From Chloroflexota bacterium (GTDB lineage: Bacteria; Chloroflexota; UBA11872; VXNJ01), in contig OZ253449.1 in the NCBI GenBank assembly GCA_965261345.1, positions 2,048,001-2,112,000 of the forward strand: a stretch of 64,000 nucleotides of DNA, read 5' to 3'. Every line of letters starts with the position of its first letter. Within the stretch, counting starts at the first letter, position 1. A program made the translations under genes and the position numbers. The notes below the pieces were generated by a model. The model saw only the letters and a program-made list of their open reading frames with translations. It was not told the DNA's origin and searched no databases. This document shows, in pieces, positions 42,430 to 52,757 of the stretch.

Positions 42430-43419
42430 ATGACCAACGTATCTCGCCGCCGCATTCTGCTGATGGCCTCCGGCTCGATTTCGGCGCTGGCATTGGCCGC
42501 ATGCGGGCAGGGCTCGGAACAACCGGCCAGCGTTCCGGCGCCGCAGGCCGCCGATCAATCGCCGGTCGCCGCGCAGCTTGGAGGCACCGTACTCATCGAC
42601 GGTTCGTCCACGGTCGGGCCGATTACCCAGGCGATTGCCGAAGAGTTCACCAAGCTGTACCCTGATGTTCGGATTCCGGTGGGGGTTTCCGGCTCCGGCG
42701 GCGGGTTCAAGAAGTTCTGCATCGGAGAGACCGATCTCTCAAATGCCTCGCGGCCGATCAAGCAGACCGAAATTGACCTGTGTGCCGAAAACGAGATTGA
42801 ATACGCGCAACTCACGGTTGCCTTCGACGGCCTGGCGGTCCTGGCCAATCCGTCCAATACCTGGGCTGACTGCCTAACCGTTGACGAGCTCAATTCGATC
42901 TGGGCCCCCGAGGCCGAGGAGTCGATCACCAACTGGTCACAAGTCCGCGAAGGATTTCCGGATCGCGACCTGGTTCTCTACGGCCCCGGGGTCGATTCGG
43001 GCACCTATGACTATTTCACCGACGTCATTAACGGCGAAGAAGGCGCCAGCCGCGGCGATTTCACGCCGTCTGAGGATGACAATGTGCTAGTCCAAGGCAT
43101 CGCCGGCGACAACGCTGCAACCGGGTTCATGGGCCTTGCTTATTACACCGCCAACGCTGACCGGCTCAAGTTGATCGGCGTTGACTCCGGTTCAGGCTGC
43201 ACTCTGCCCTCCGAAGCGACGGTAAATGACGGTACCTACTCGCCGCTCTCACGGCCGCTTTACATTTACGCGAGCTCAATTTCGGCAAGCCGCCCAGAGG
43301 TAACCGCATTCGTTAACTTCTATCTGGAAAATGCCAAGCACTTAGCCGCCGATGTCGGTTACGTTGCGCTGCCGGACGCGATGTATGCCGAACAGGTCGC
43401 GCTGTTTGAGTCCCTTTAG
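42430..43419 (+). CDS. pstS: Phosphate ABC transporter binding lipoprotein
   Basis: [23 protein letters not shown]; SRRRIL and LAAC. Confidence 0.95.
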   Translation: MTNVSRRRILLMASGSISALALAACGQGSEQPASVPAPQAADQSPVAAQLGGTVLIDGSSTVGPITQAIAEEFTKLYPDVRIPVGVSGSGGGFKKFCIGETDLSNASRPIKQTEIDLCAENEIEYAQLTVAFDGLAVLANPSNTWADCLTVDELNSIWAPEAEESITNWSQVREGFPDRDLVLYGPGVDSGTYDYFTDVINGEEGASRGDFTPSEDDNVLVQGIAGDNAATGFMGLAYYTANADRLKLIGVDSGSGCTLPSEATVNDGTYSPLSRPLYIYASSISASRPEVTAFVNFYLENAKHLAADVGYVALPDAMYAEQVALFESL

Positions 43420-43465
43420 GATTTGACCGTTTTGCGATCCACCCGGCTCCGGTAAACGCCTGACT

Positions 43466-44383
43466 ATGCAAGATACCGTGGCAGTGGACCTGTCGCCCAA
43501 GCGCAAGCGCCTGTTGGTGGAAGGTGCGGTTCGCACGGCGCTATTTGCCGCCGCCGCGGTCTCGGTGTTGACCACCGCGGGAATAATTGTCACCCTGCTG
43601 GGAGAGACGTTTCAGTTCTTCTTTCAGGTTTCACCGGTTGACTTTTTAACCGGTACCCGCTGGACCCCGCTATTTGCCTCGAAGAACTTTGGCGTCCTGC
43701 CGCTGGTTAACGGAACCATCGCAGTTGCCCTGGTGGCCATGACAATCGCAGTCCCCTTGGGGTTGATGGCGGCGATCTTTATGTCGGAGATCGCCAGCCC
43801 GCGATTGCGATCGGTCCTCAAACCGTTACTGGAGGTGCTGGCCGGCATCCCGACCGTTGTCTATGGATATTTCGCGTTGCTGTTCGTGACCCCTATCCTG
43901 CGATCGATCTTTCCCGACGCCGGGGTATTCAACGTGCTCTCGGCCGGGTTGGTGATGGGCTTTATGATCCTGCCGATGATGGCTTCAATTACCGAGGATG
44001 CGCTGCAGGCGGTTCCGGATGGCCTGCGCGAGGGAGCCTATGCGCTGGGCGCCACCAAACTGGAGGCGGCTTCGCGGGTGGTGGTGCCGGCGGCGCTGTC
44101 GGGAATTCTGGCGGCGGTAATTCTCTCCATCTCACGGGCGGTCGGCGAGACGATGATCGTTGCCATAGCCGCGGGCCAGCAGCCGCGTCTCGGCTTCGAC
44201 CTTTTGGGGTCGATGGAGACGATGACCGCCTACATCGTCCAAGTCTCACTGGGTGACACCCCGCAGGGGACAATCGAATACCAGACCATATTTGCGGTTG
44301 GCACGCTGCTGTTCGTTATGACGTTTGGCATGAACTTGCTGGGCGATTGGCTGGTGCGCCGCTTTCGCGAGGTGTATGAGTGA
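43466..44383 (+). CDS. pstC: Phosphate ABC permease
   Basis: [18 protein letters not shown]. Confidence 0.95.
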   Translation: MQDTVAVDLSPKRKRLLVEGAVRTALFAAAAVSVLTTAGIIVTLLGETFQFFFQVSPVDFLTGTRWTPLFASKNFGVLPLVNGTIAVALVAMTIAVPLGLMAAIFMSEIASPRLRSVLKPLLEVLAGIPTVVYGYFALLFVTPILRSIFPDAGVFNVLSAGLVMGFMILPMMASITEDALQAVPDGLREGAYALGATKLEAASRVVVPAALSGILAAVILSISRAVGETMIVAIAAGQQPRLGFDLLGSMETMTAYIVQVSLGDTPQGTIEYQTIFAVGTLLFVMTFGMNLLGDWLVRRFREVYE

Positions 44384-45264
44384 AGTTGGCCAACTGGTCT
44401 GACCCTCAGGTGCGCCGCGCCCGCTGGCGTGGCCTGCGTACCCGCGCCTTCTACGCCGTCACTTCAATCGCCATTGGGTTGGCCCTGGCAATCCTGGCAA
44501 TTCTGCTAATCGACGTCTTTGGACGAGGGATCCCGGAGCTGGACTGGGGCTTCATATCCAGTTTCCCGTCGCGTTTTCCCGAGCAATCGGGACTTCGATC
44601 GGCCCTGCTGGGGACCCTCTGGCTCATAGGCTTTACCGCCATGATCTCTTTCCCGCTGGGGGTGGCGGCGGCAGTTTACCTCGAAGAATATGCCGCCGAC
44701 GGTTGGATCACGCGCCTGATTCAAGTCAACATTGCCAACCTGGCGGGCGTCCCATCGGTGGTTTACGGCCTGCTCGGGTTGGGCCTTTTCGTCCGCAATC
44801 TGGGTCTTGGGCGGACGATCCTGGCCGGTGCCTTGACGATGTCGCTACTGGTATTGCCGATCATCATCGTCGCTTCCCGCGAAGCGCTGCGGGCGGTCCC
44901 CAACTCATTGCGCGAAGGCGGTTACGCGTTGGGAGCCAGTCGTTGGCAAGTCGTATACCGGATAGTTTTGCCGGCGGCCTTGCCCGGGATCCTAACCGGC
45001 ACCATCCTGGCGGTCGCGCGGGCAATTGGCGAAACCGCGCCGTTGATAACGATTGGCGCGCTAACCTACATCGCGTTTGACCCCCAGGGACCGCTCGACC
45101 TGTTTACCGTCCTGCCGATCCAGATATTTAACTGGGTTTCGCTGCCCAACCCCGAATTCGCATCCCTGGCGGCCGGCGGGATCGTGGTCCTGCTCTTGGT
45201 CCTCCTTGCTGCCAATCTGACCGCGATCGTCCTGCGGCATAGATTCGAAAGAGCCAACCGATGA
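44380..45264 (+). CDS. pstA: Phosphate ABC permease
   Basis: [21 protein letters not shown]. Confidence 0.95.
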   Translation: MKLANWSDPQVRRARWRGLRTRAFYAVTSIAIGLALAILAILLIDVFGRGIPELDWGFISSFPSRFPEQSGLRSALLGTLWLIGFTAMISFPLGVAAAVYLEEYAADGWITRLIQVNIANLAGVPSVVYGLLGLGLFVRNLGLGRTILAGALTMSLLVLPIIIVASREALRAVPNSLREGGYALGASRWQVVYRIVLPAALPGILTGTILAVARAIGETAPLITIGALTYIAFDPQGPLDLFTVLPIQIFNWVSLPNPEFASLAAGGIVVLLLVLLAANLTAIVLRHRFERANR

Positions 45265-46121
45265 TTGAGGCGAGATTGCAAAGTACCGATATCTCCGCCG
45301 CCGAAATCGCCACTTCCGCGGTGGACGCACACACAGAGCCCAACAGACTGGCCGGCGGCCAGGCGGTGCTTGCCACTGACGCGGTCGATTTTTGGTACGG
45401 GCGGACCCAGGTCCTGCGCGGCATTTCCCTGGAGATTGCCGAGCACCAGGTAACTGCGATCATCGGGCCTTCGGGTTGCGGCAAGAGCACCTATCTGCGG
45501 CTCTTTAATCGGATGAACGAGATGGTGCCAAATACCCGTGTGGGCGGACGGGTGACTTACCGTGGTCGCGACATATTCGCTCCCGGCGTGGATCCGGTTG
45601 AGGTGCGGCGGCGGATCGGGATGGTATTTCAAAAACCTAACCCATTCCCAAAATCGATCTATCAGAACGTGGCCTACGGACCGCGGATTAACGGGTATGC
45701 CGGGGATATGGACGAGCTGGTCGAGCGCTCGCTGCGTCAGGCGGCACTCTGGGACGAGGTCAAGTCCGATCTGAAAAAATCGGCGCTGGCGCTCTCGGGT
45801 GGCCAGCAGCAGCGCCTCTGCATTGCCCGGGCGATAGCCGTTCAACCGGACGTGATCCTCATGGACGAACCGTGTTCGGCGCTCGATCCCATCGCCACCA
45901 CCAAGATTGAAGACCTGATCCGCGAATTGTGCCGCAAGTTCACCATCGTGATCGTTACCCATAACATGCAGCAGGCCGCCCGAATTTCGGACGTTACCGC
46001 ATTTTTTCTAAACAATGACAACGGCGCGGGTGAACTGATCGAGTTCGACGAGACCCAGAAGGTATTTACCAACCCCTCCGATGAACGCACCGAGGCCTAC
46101 ATTACCGGCCGGTTTGGATAA
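45261..46121 (+). CDS. pstB: Phosphate ABC ATPase
   Basis: [33 protein letters not shown]. Confidence 0.96.
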   Translation: MIEARLQSTDISAAEIATSAVDAHTEPNRLAGGQAVLATDAVDFWYGRTQVLRGISLEIAEHQVTAIIGPSGCGKSTYLRLFNRMNEMVPNTRVGGRVTYRGRDIFAPGVDPVEVRRRIGMVFQKPNPFPKSIYQNVAYGPRINGYAGDMDELVERSLRQAALWDEVKSDLKKSALALSGGQQQRLCIARAIAVQPDVILMDEPCSALDPIATTKIEDLIRELCRKFTIVIVTHNMQQAARISDVTAFFLNNDNGAGELIEFDETQKVFTNPSDERTEAYITGRFG

Positions 46122-46127
46122 AGCAGA

Positions 46128-46793
46128 ATGGCGCTTCTACCGCAAAGACACGAGTACACCAAGAGCCTGGAGCTGGTCCAGGACCGGCTCATCATCATGG
46201 CCAACACCGTCGAGCGTTCGGTCGTCGACTGCATCGGCGCGCTGCGGCGCAGCGATCTTGACCGGGCTCGCCAGATCATTGCCGGCGACGACGAAATCGA
46301 CGCCCAAGAAGCCGAGATCGAGGAGCGTTGCATCGACATGATCGCAATGCAGAGCCCGCTCGCTTCGGACCTGCGACAGATAATCTCGGTGCTATTGATT
46401 GCGGCCGAGCTGGAGCGGGTCGGCGATTATGCCGAAGGGATCGCCAAGATCGTGATCCAGATGGGCGACGAACCGCCGCTGAAACCGCTAATAGATATCC
46501 CGCGAATGACCGATATCGCCACCGGGATGCTCCATACCGCAATGCTGGCATTTACCGAACGCGACGCAGAACGCGCCTTCGCGGTAAGGCACAGGGACGA
46601 TGAAATCGATCAGCTCTACCAACAGGTGCTGCGCGAATTGCTCTCGTACATGTTGGAGGATCCGGGCTCGGTTCGACGCGCCACGTACCTGATCTGGATC
46701 GCCCACACCCTGGAGCGCATTGCCGATCGCTCAGTCAATATTGCCGAACGGGCCCACTACTTTATTACCGGAACTCAGGGCGGATTAAAGTAA
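46128..46793 (+). CDS. phoU: Phosphate signalling protein PhoU
   Basis: QSPLASDLR, LERVGD, LERIAD. Confidence 0.95.
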   Translation: MALLPQRHEYTKSLELVQDRLIIMANTVERSVVDCIGALRRSDLDRARQIIAGDDEIDAQEAEIEERCIDMIAMQSPLASDLRQIISVLLIAAELERVGDYAEGIAKIVIQMGDEPPLKPLIDIPRMTDIATGMLHTAMLAFTERDAERAFAVRHRDDEIDQLYQQVLRELLSYMLEDPGSVRRATYLIWIAHTLERIADRSVNIAERAHYFITGTQGGLK

Positions 46794-46832
46794 TCGCCAG
46801 CTGACCCGGCGACCGGCCGGTCGAACCGGCCG

Positions 46833-48278
46833 CTAGCATTTTTTATCGAAGGCGTAGGTGTCGGGATCACGACCGCCGTACTCCTGGGCCGGGTGGTCAC
46901 CGGAGAGACCTTCGTAGGCGGACCCGGTGGCCGGACCCGGAAGTTGGTCTTCGGTCTCGATTAGGACATCGGCCAGAAGCCGGGTCATCTGAAAGCGCTG
47001 TTGAGCCCACTGCGGATCGCTGTAGAGGTTTTCCAACTCCAGCCGATCGCGGCTCAGGTCGTAGAGCTCGCCGTAGGGTTTGCCGCCGTAGTGGATCAGC
47101 TTCCACTCGTGGGTGCGGATCATCTTCATGTTCAATGATTCGGCGAACGCCCACTGCCGCCAAGGCACGTCCTCTTTGGCAAGGAGCTTCCGAAAACTTC
47201 GACCCTGCAGTCCGATGTGCCCGTCGACCCCGCAGAAATCGAGCACCGTGGGGACCAGGTCGACCGCCTGGACTAGGTCGGAAACGATCTGGCCGCCGTT
47301 GTATTCGCGCGGGTAGCGCACGATTAGCGGGGTGTGGACGATATGGTCGTAGAGCATTCGCCCCTTCCAGAGCACCCCGCGATGGCCGAGCATTTCGCCA
47401 TGGTCGGCAAAGAAGAAGATGACCGTATCGTCAAGCACCCCCTTTTCTTCAAGGGCTCCGAGCAACTTGCCGATTTCGCGATCGACCAACGAGATGGTGG
47501 CATAGTAGTAGGCTTTGACTCGCGCCAGTTTCTCCTCCGTCAGCAGCGAAAAATCCTTCTGCCCGGAACTGGTCCGATATTCAGGGAATCGCATGGTCTG
47601 CGATCGGTTGAAATCAGTCGGAATTTCCATGTCCGCCGGATCGTACATGTCAGCAATCGAATCGGGTGGGTCGAATGGCATGTGCGGGTTGCAAAAGGAG
47701 AACCAGGCAAAGAATGGCTCCTCCGAATTGGCCGTCAACATGGCTGTCCCCTCCCGGCCGATATGGGTGTCGATGTAGTTTTCGTCTCCTAGCGGAAAGA
47801 TCGAGGCGCCGAAATTTTCGACGTCGTCCCAATGGGTTACGTGTTCGAAATAGCGTTGGTCAAGACGCTTTTGCTTGAGCATCGTGCGGTATTCGTCATA
47901 TTCGGAGAACATCTTGCCTTCGACGAATACACGGTCGGTAAATCCGTGGTTTTGCTCGATCGGCGTAAAGTGCATCTTGCCGATCGCCATGGTGTGGTAT
48001 TCGGCTCCACCCAGCATGCTGGCCAGATTGGGGGTTTCCGGCAGGTCGTACCAGTTCCAGCGGACCCCGGTGACCTTGGGATAGCGGCCGGTGAAAATTG
48101 AGGCCCGCGAGGGTTGGCAGACTGGCGACTGGACGAAAAATTTTTCGCAGAGTACGCCCTCGTTGGCCAATCGATCAATGTTGGGGGTGCGAACCCGGCC
48201 GCCGCTGGTAACGCCCAGCGCATCGTAGCGCAGTTGATCCATGCTGATAAAAAGCACATTGGGGCGTTTATCGCTCAC
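46833..48278 (-). CDS. Cys-type sulfatase family hydrolase
   Basis: CQPSR, GKMH, ADHGE. Confidence 0.9.
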   Translation of the reverse strand: MSDKRPNVLFISMDQLRYDALGVTSGGRVRTPNIDRLANEGVLCEKFFVQSPVCQPSRASIFTGRYPKVTGVRWNWYDLPETPNLASMLGGAEYHTMAIGKMHFTPIEQNHGFTDRVFVEGKMFSEYDEYRTMLKQKRLDQRYFEHVTHWDDVENFGASIFPLGDENYIDTHIGREGTAMLTANSEEPFFAWFSFCNPHMPFDPPDSIADMYDPADMEIPTDFNRSQTMRFPEYRTSSGQKDFSLLTEEKLARVKAYYYATISLVDREIGKLLGALEEKGVLDDTVIFFFADHGEMLGHRGVLWKGRMLYDHIVHTPLIVRYPREYNGGQIVSDLVQAVDLVPTVLDFCGVDGHIGLQGRSFRKLLAKEDVPWRQWAFAESLNMKMIRTHEWKLIHYGGKPYGELYDLSRDRLELENLYSDPQWAQQRFQMTRLLADVLIETEDQLPGPATGSAYEGLSGDHPAQEYGGRDPDTYAFDKKC

Positions 48279-48348
48279 TGGTTACTCCAGGTGAGGGGAT
48301 GTATCTGGATTGCCGACCGAAGACATGGTATTTCCGACCGAAACCTGC

Positions 48349-48771
48349 TCAACGGCGCCAAATGCGGATTCGACCGCTCGGAGGGTCGAGCTCCACGCGG
48401 TCGCCGGTGGTGATGCTGTGCACGGGGTCGGGTTCCGGCCAGGCCATGAGCGGGAGATTGGCCAGCACCGCGCCCTGGACCATTACCGGATTGGTGCTGG
48501 CAAAAACCAGAGCCAGGGGCGCCAGATTCCGCGAAGCCATTTCCGCGAGCATCCACGACGTTGCAATCCCACCCTTGGCGGTGGGGAAAACAAGCACCTT
48601 GCCGACGTAACTCTGGCCGTAGAGGTCATGGGTTGGGCGTGAGAAAAAGCCGCGTTCGCGGTCCAGGTCGTAGCGGGCAGAAAACCCCGATTCTGACACC
48701 AATGCTTCGCCGGTTACGCGGGCACCCACGCCCGGCGGTCCCTGCAGCTCCAGATCGGGCGCCCGGTTCAA
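48349..48771 (-). CDS. Aconitase X swivel subunit (DUF126)
   Basis: GEALVS, GKVLVFP, TGDRVELD; TTG overlapping upstream TGA. Confidence 0.85.
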   Translation of the reverse strand: MNRAPDLELQGPPGVGARVTGEALVSESGFSARYDLDRERGFFSRPTHDLYGQSYVGKVLVFPTAKGGIATSWMLAEMASRNLAPLALVFASTNPVMVQGAVLANLPLMAWPEPDPVHSITTGDRVELDPPSGRIRIWRR

Positions 48772-50006
48772 GGCAATACCCCCGAAATTGCCGCTTCCAC
48801 GCACTGGGCGGTATCGCGCAGGGCCGGCTGGTAGCCGTATCCGGCGATGATGTTGGCCAATTTGGCCGAATCTGTCACGAGTGTGCGAACTTTCCGATCA
48901 CGCAGAAGTTCATGTGGGGCCATCACGTAAAAACAGGTGCCGGCCACCAGTTCAACCCCGGCCGATTCAAGCGTGGCGGCATGTCCCAGGCGGCCGGCTT
49001 CCAGCCGGGCCATCGGCGAGGTTGTAATCAGGCACAGTACGTCGCTGGCGATCTTCTGGCCGGCGAACCGATCGGCAAGATCACCAATTTCCGGCGGCGA
49101 GAGTTGCGGGGCCGAGAACGCGACCACGTCGACCGACCTTTTCTGCGGCTGAAACTCATTTATGAACGCGGCCACCGACCGGTCATCGATTAGGACCGTC
49201 CGCTCTGGCTGGCGTCCCCCAAACGCGGTGGCCACGCTGGGCGCTTCGGGGGTCATTCCCACCCAATGAAACATGGGGGTGGAACCGAAACTGGCCAGCG
49301 CGGCGCCGAAGAATTTGAGTTCATCCGGCGACGGTCTGCCCGGGTCACCAACCAGGCAGGGGATCTTCCAATAGTCGTTGAGTTGGCGCCCGATGAGTCC
49401 GCCCAACGCGCTCCACTGGGCCCGGCCGCGCGGGCGGGCCGTGACCTTGACTAGTACACTGGCCCGGCGGCGCTCGTCAAGATGCATTCCGTAGCGAGGG
49501 GTGCGTCCGGTCAGCCCGGCGCTAAGTGCGGCCGGACCGGCTTCGAAATTGGAGCGGGCGCCACAGATCGAATTGGCCCAGATCACGGTGCCGGTATCGC
49601 CCCAGGCGAGCGGTTCGGACAGGTGCGGCTGGTCCAGCAGCTGGTAATTGACGCAGGTCAGGCACATGTGAGCGCCCATCCTGGCCAGCGACTGGCAGAT
49701 GCCTTCGGTGCGCGTGTGCCAGACCTCCCGCTGGCCGATTGCCCCGGGGCGATCGAGGTCGGCGGCGCCGGCATTAATTGTTGTGAAAACCCTAAATCGC
49801 GCCGACTGGTCGGCCAGCGAGTTCAAATGGGCGACGCCAAAATCGCGCAACGATTCGGCGTCGGCGGCCAGATGGGCCGAGCGAATCGGTACGAAATCCT
49901 GCGCCCCGAAAAAAGCACCGACCTTGATTTGGTAAGCTAGCGCCGTCTGGGCCGCCGGACCGGCCTCGCCGGCCAGGATCGCCGCTTCCTCGGAATCTAG
50001 CCGCAT
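48768..50006 (-). CDS. Aconitase X large subunit (DUF521)
   Basis: TC..Y, ANSICGARSN, GRTPRYG.H, FHWVGMTPEA, TDSAK. Confidence 0.88.
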   Translation of the reverse strand: MRLDSEEAAILAGEAGPAAQTALAYQIKVGAFFGAQDFVPIRSAHLAADAESLRDFGVAHLNSLADQSARFRVFTTINAGAADLDRPGAIGQREVWHTRTEGICQSLARMGAHMCLTCVNYQLLDQPHLSEPLAWGDTGTVIWANSICGARSNFEAGPAALSAGLTGRTPRYGMHLDERRRASVLVKVTARPRGRAQWSALGGLIGRQLNDYWKIPCLVGDPGRPSPDELKFFGAALASFGSTPMFHWVGMTPEAPSVATAFGGRQPERTVLIDDRSVAAFINEFQPQKRSVDVVAFSAPQLSPPEIGDLADRFAGQKIASDVLCLITTSPMARLEAGRLGHAATLESAGVELVAGTCFYVMAPHELLRDRKVRTLVTDSAKLANIIAGYGYQPALRDTAQCVEAAISGVLP

Positions 50007-50811
50007 CGTTTGGGTCGCTTGTTTGGTAGAGGGGCAATTGCAGGGTACGGCCAGATTGCTGGCCGAACCCATCGATTTTGCCTAAAGTGCTGCGAACGGC
50101 ACTCAAATTTGTAAGAATTTGCCATCAAACCGGCGGCTGCCAGGCAGTCCCTAGGGTGCTTGCCAATTAATTTCAGGCCGGTTGCCATCTGCGAGGCGAT
50201 GAAGCTATATTGGCCGCGTTGGTAGTGGCCGCCCCACCCTGTTTTGAATCTGGAATTTACGGCCTACGCCGACCCCGTTTGTCCTGCCCAACGTCTGCAC
50301 TGCACCCGCGGTGGGCGGTTGGACGCCGGTCAAATCACCGCTGGCGGTCATGGTACCCAAACCCACAGGGTCGGCGTGGCACCGCTCTGTCGGCGCCCGG
50401 TCGACCTGCCGTCGCAGGCGGGCATGACGGTGCGATCGCTTGGGCAGAAGGCCTGCCAATGTTTTGTTGCGGCGGCTACCGGTGCGCTGGTTCCTCCCCG
50501 GGACCTGCCAGCGGATTTGGGGCTGCGCGCTTGCATCTTTTCGCGGGAAATGGGCAACGCGGTCGCCCGCGCCGCGGTGATTTTGAGGATTGGCGCCGTA
50601 ACGATCGATATTCTTTGCCGCGCACGGCATTGTGCCGCTGATTCCCGCATTGTTTGCTTCCCGCAGAGAACCTTGGTCGGTTAGATGGCGCGGTTGTCCT
50701 GGCGTCCTTGCCTGGCCACCGACAATTTGCGGCCGCCCGCTCTCAACGGTTATGGCTCCGTTTTAGCTGATGCGCGTCCGCCAAGCTTGACTCTTCCCGG
50801 TCGTAGGTCCG

Positions 50812-52008
50812 ATGGCGGCGATGACCCAACAGGATAAATTTCCGCTCCGCGCTTTGCTGCCGCTGCTTTGCATAACCGGATTGGCCGCCGCCGGCTGGAT
50901 GACCTCGATGTCGTTTCTATCCAGTCTGCTGGCCAGCCAGTTCGAAGCCGGGATCTGGTCGGCGGCATTGATCATGATTGCGGTTCACACCGGCTCTTTC
51001 ACACTTGGCGGCTGGGTATCGCTGCGGGTGGTCAATCGCTGGGGTTCCAAGGCGTCCTACGTCACCGGGATCGCAATTCTGGGTCTTTACTTGGCATTTT
51101 TGGGAGCCACCGAGAACCTCCTGGTTGGCGTCCCGTTGGGCTTCCTGGCCGGCTTCGGCCTGGCAATGCATTGGACCGGATTGCAAAACTACACCCTGGA
51201 GATCGCCCCGCCCAAGCATCGGGGAATGATCTCCGGATCGGTCTCATTCGTAATAGTTGGATCGGTCGGCGTTTCCGGCCTGGTGCTGGGGATAGTTACC
51301 GGTGACGGCGGCCTTGTCCGCTTCGTCTCGATTGCCGCGTCGATGGTCGGACTGGCCTTCGTGTTGGCGCTCCTATTTCTTCCCCGGACCGAACGGAAGA
51401 TACCGAGAAGTTCGTCCGGGTCGGTTTTTGCCGCGCTCAAGGACACCAACCTGCGTCGCATGGCCTATGTGCGCTCGGCGCACGCATCGGCTTTCGTGCT
51501 TTTCAATTTGATGGCCGGCCCGCGTCTGCTGGAGATTGGCGGCGGCCTTGAGTATGTCGGCTATCTGGCCTTTGCCGGATCGATATCCGGCGGGGTTGCG
51601 CAATTGCTGGTTGGTTACCTTTCGGACTTGTTGGGCCGAACCGGACTTCTCTACTTGTTGCTGGCGATTTCGATCACCGCCTGCCTTTCCTTCATAATGG
51701 CCGACAGCGTCTATCTGCTTTTGCTGATTACCTCGTTGCACTGGTTTTCGCAATTTGCATTCCAGACCGTTCTCGTTCCCCTGGGCGGAGACCTCTCGCC
51801 GCCCGGCCAGACTGCCGACGCGATGGCCCTGTTAACGATCGCCTACTCCTTTGGCTTGGTGGCCGGCGGGACCTATGTCGGGTTACTGTCCTTCTCCCCG
51901 TGGCCCGATGCCGGATTCGTTATCACTGCGATCCTGCTGGCATTGGCAATCCCATCGGTCTTCCGCCTGCGATCGCGGTTGGAGAGCTTGGCGGCAGCCG
52001 CGGCATGA
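50812..52008 (+). CDS. MFS transporter
   Basis: About 12 TM segments; GYLSDLLGR. Confidence 0.85.
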   Translation: MAAMTQQDKFPLRALLPLLCITGLAAAGWMTSMSFLSSLLASQFEAGIWSAALIMIAVHTGSFTLGGWVSLRVVNRWGSKASYVTGIAILGLYLAFLGATENLLVGVPLGFLAGFGLAMHWTGLQNYTLEIAPPKHRGMISGSVSFVIVGSVGVSGLVLGIVTGDGGLVRFVSIAASMVGLAFVLALLFLPRTERKIPRSSSGSVFAALKDTNLRRMAYVRSAHASAFVLFNLMAGPRLLEIGGGLEYVGYLAFAGSISGGVAQLLVGYLSDLLGRTGLLYLLLAISITACLSFIMADSVYLLLLITSLHWFSQFAFQTVLVPLGGDLSPPGQTADAMALLTIAYSFGLVAGGTYVGLLSFSPWPDAGFVITAILLALAIPSVFRLRSRLESLAAAAA

Positions 52009-52658
52009 TCTCGAAAGCGCGGGCCTCGCTGCTCGACCTCTACGCCCACAGACCGCGGCTCATTAACGGGGTTCCCTATCAAACCGCGGCCACCAGCTGG
52101 GCCTGGTTCTGGCGTGACCTTATTCTGCGGATGCCCCCGGTGGTCGGATTGCCGGTTGCCCGGGCCCTATTTGACGGTGGCCTGGCCGGTTGGGCGCTGC
52201 CGGATTTGCAGGGCTTCCTGGTGACCGCCGCCGCCGCCGCCGCGGTATTTGCAGTTTGTAGCGCCTTTGTCTTCTATTACCCTTCGCAGCAGTACCGTTG
52301 GACCGGCGGTGGACTGGCGATCGGCGGATTCTTTTTCCTCGTATCCAACCCGGTGGTCGAAGAGCTTTTTTGGCGGGCGTTTCTGCAGGATTTGCTCACC
52401 GATCACATTACGCTTGCGCCCGCACTGGTGATTACCTCGCTGCTTTTTGGTTTCCACCATTGGTTCGCCGGATTCGGATTGCGCTTCATTGCTTTGGCAA
52501 CCCTGGGCGGGCTGGTGTTCGGCGGAATGTTCGTCTACAGCCAATCCCTCCTAGCCCCGGTGATCGCACACTCGCTGGCCGACCTGGCCCTCTTCGTATC
52601 CGGGCCGCCCTTAAAATTGCGACGCTCGCTAGAAAGCGCCCAGTCCTTGTCCTCGTAG
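52005..52658 (+). CDS. CPBP (Abi/CAAX type II) intramembrane metalloprotease
   Basis: EELFWR, FGFHH, AHSLAD. Confidence 0.87.
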   Translation: MISKARASLLDLYAHRPRLINGVPYQTAATSWAWFWRDLILRMPPVVGLPVARALFDGGLAGWALPDLQGFLVTAAAAAAVFAVCSAFVFYYPSQQYRWTGGGLAIGGFFFLVSNPVVEELFWRAFLQDLLTDHITLAPALVITSLLFGFHHWFAGFGLRFIALATLGGLVFGGMFVYSQSLLAPVIAHSLADLALFVSGPPLKLRRSLESAQSLSS

Positions 52659-52725
52659 CTCAGCAGGATAGAGCGTATGGTTGCGGACCATAAGGTCGGA
52701 GGTTCGAATCCTCTCGAGGACGCCA
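52649..52725 (+). tRNA. tRNA-Arg(GCG), CCA encoded
   Basis: GTCCTCG/CGAGGAC acceptor, TATGG-TT GCG GA-CCATA, GTTCGAATC, GCCA end. Confidence 0.95.
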
Positions 52726-52757
52726 GGCCGAAAAATCCTTAGATCGGCTTTATTGGG

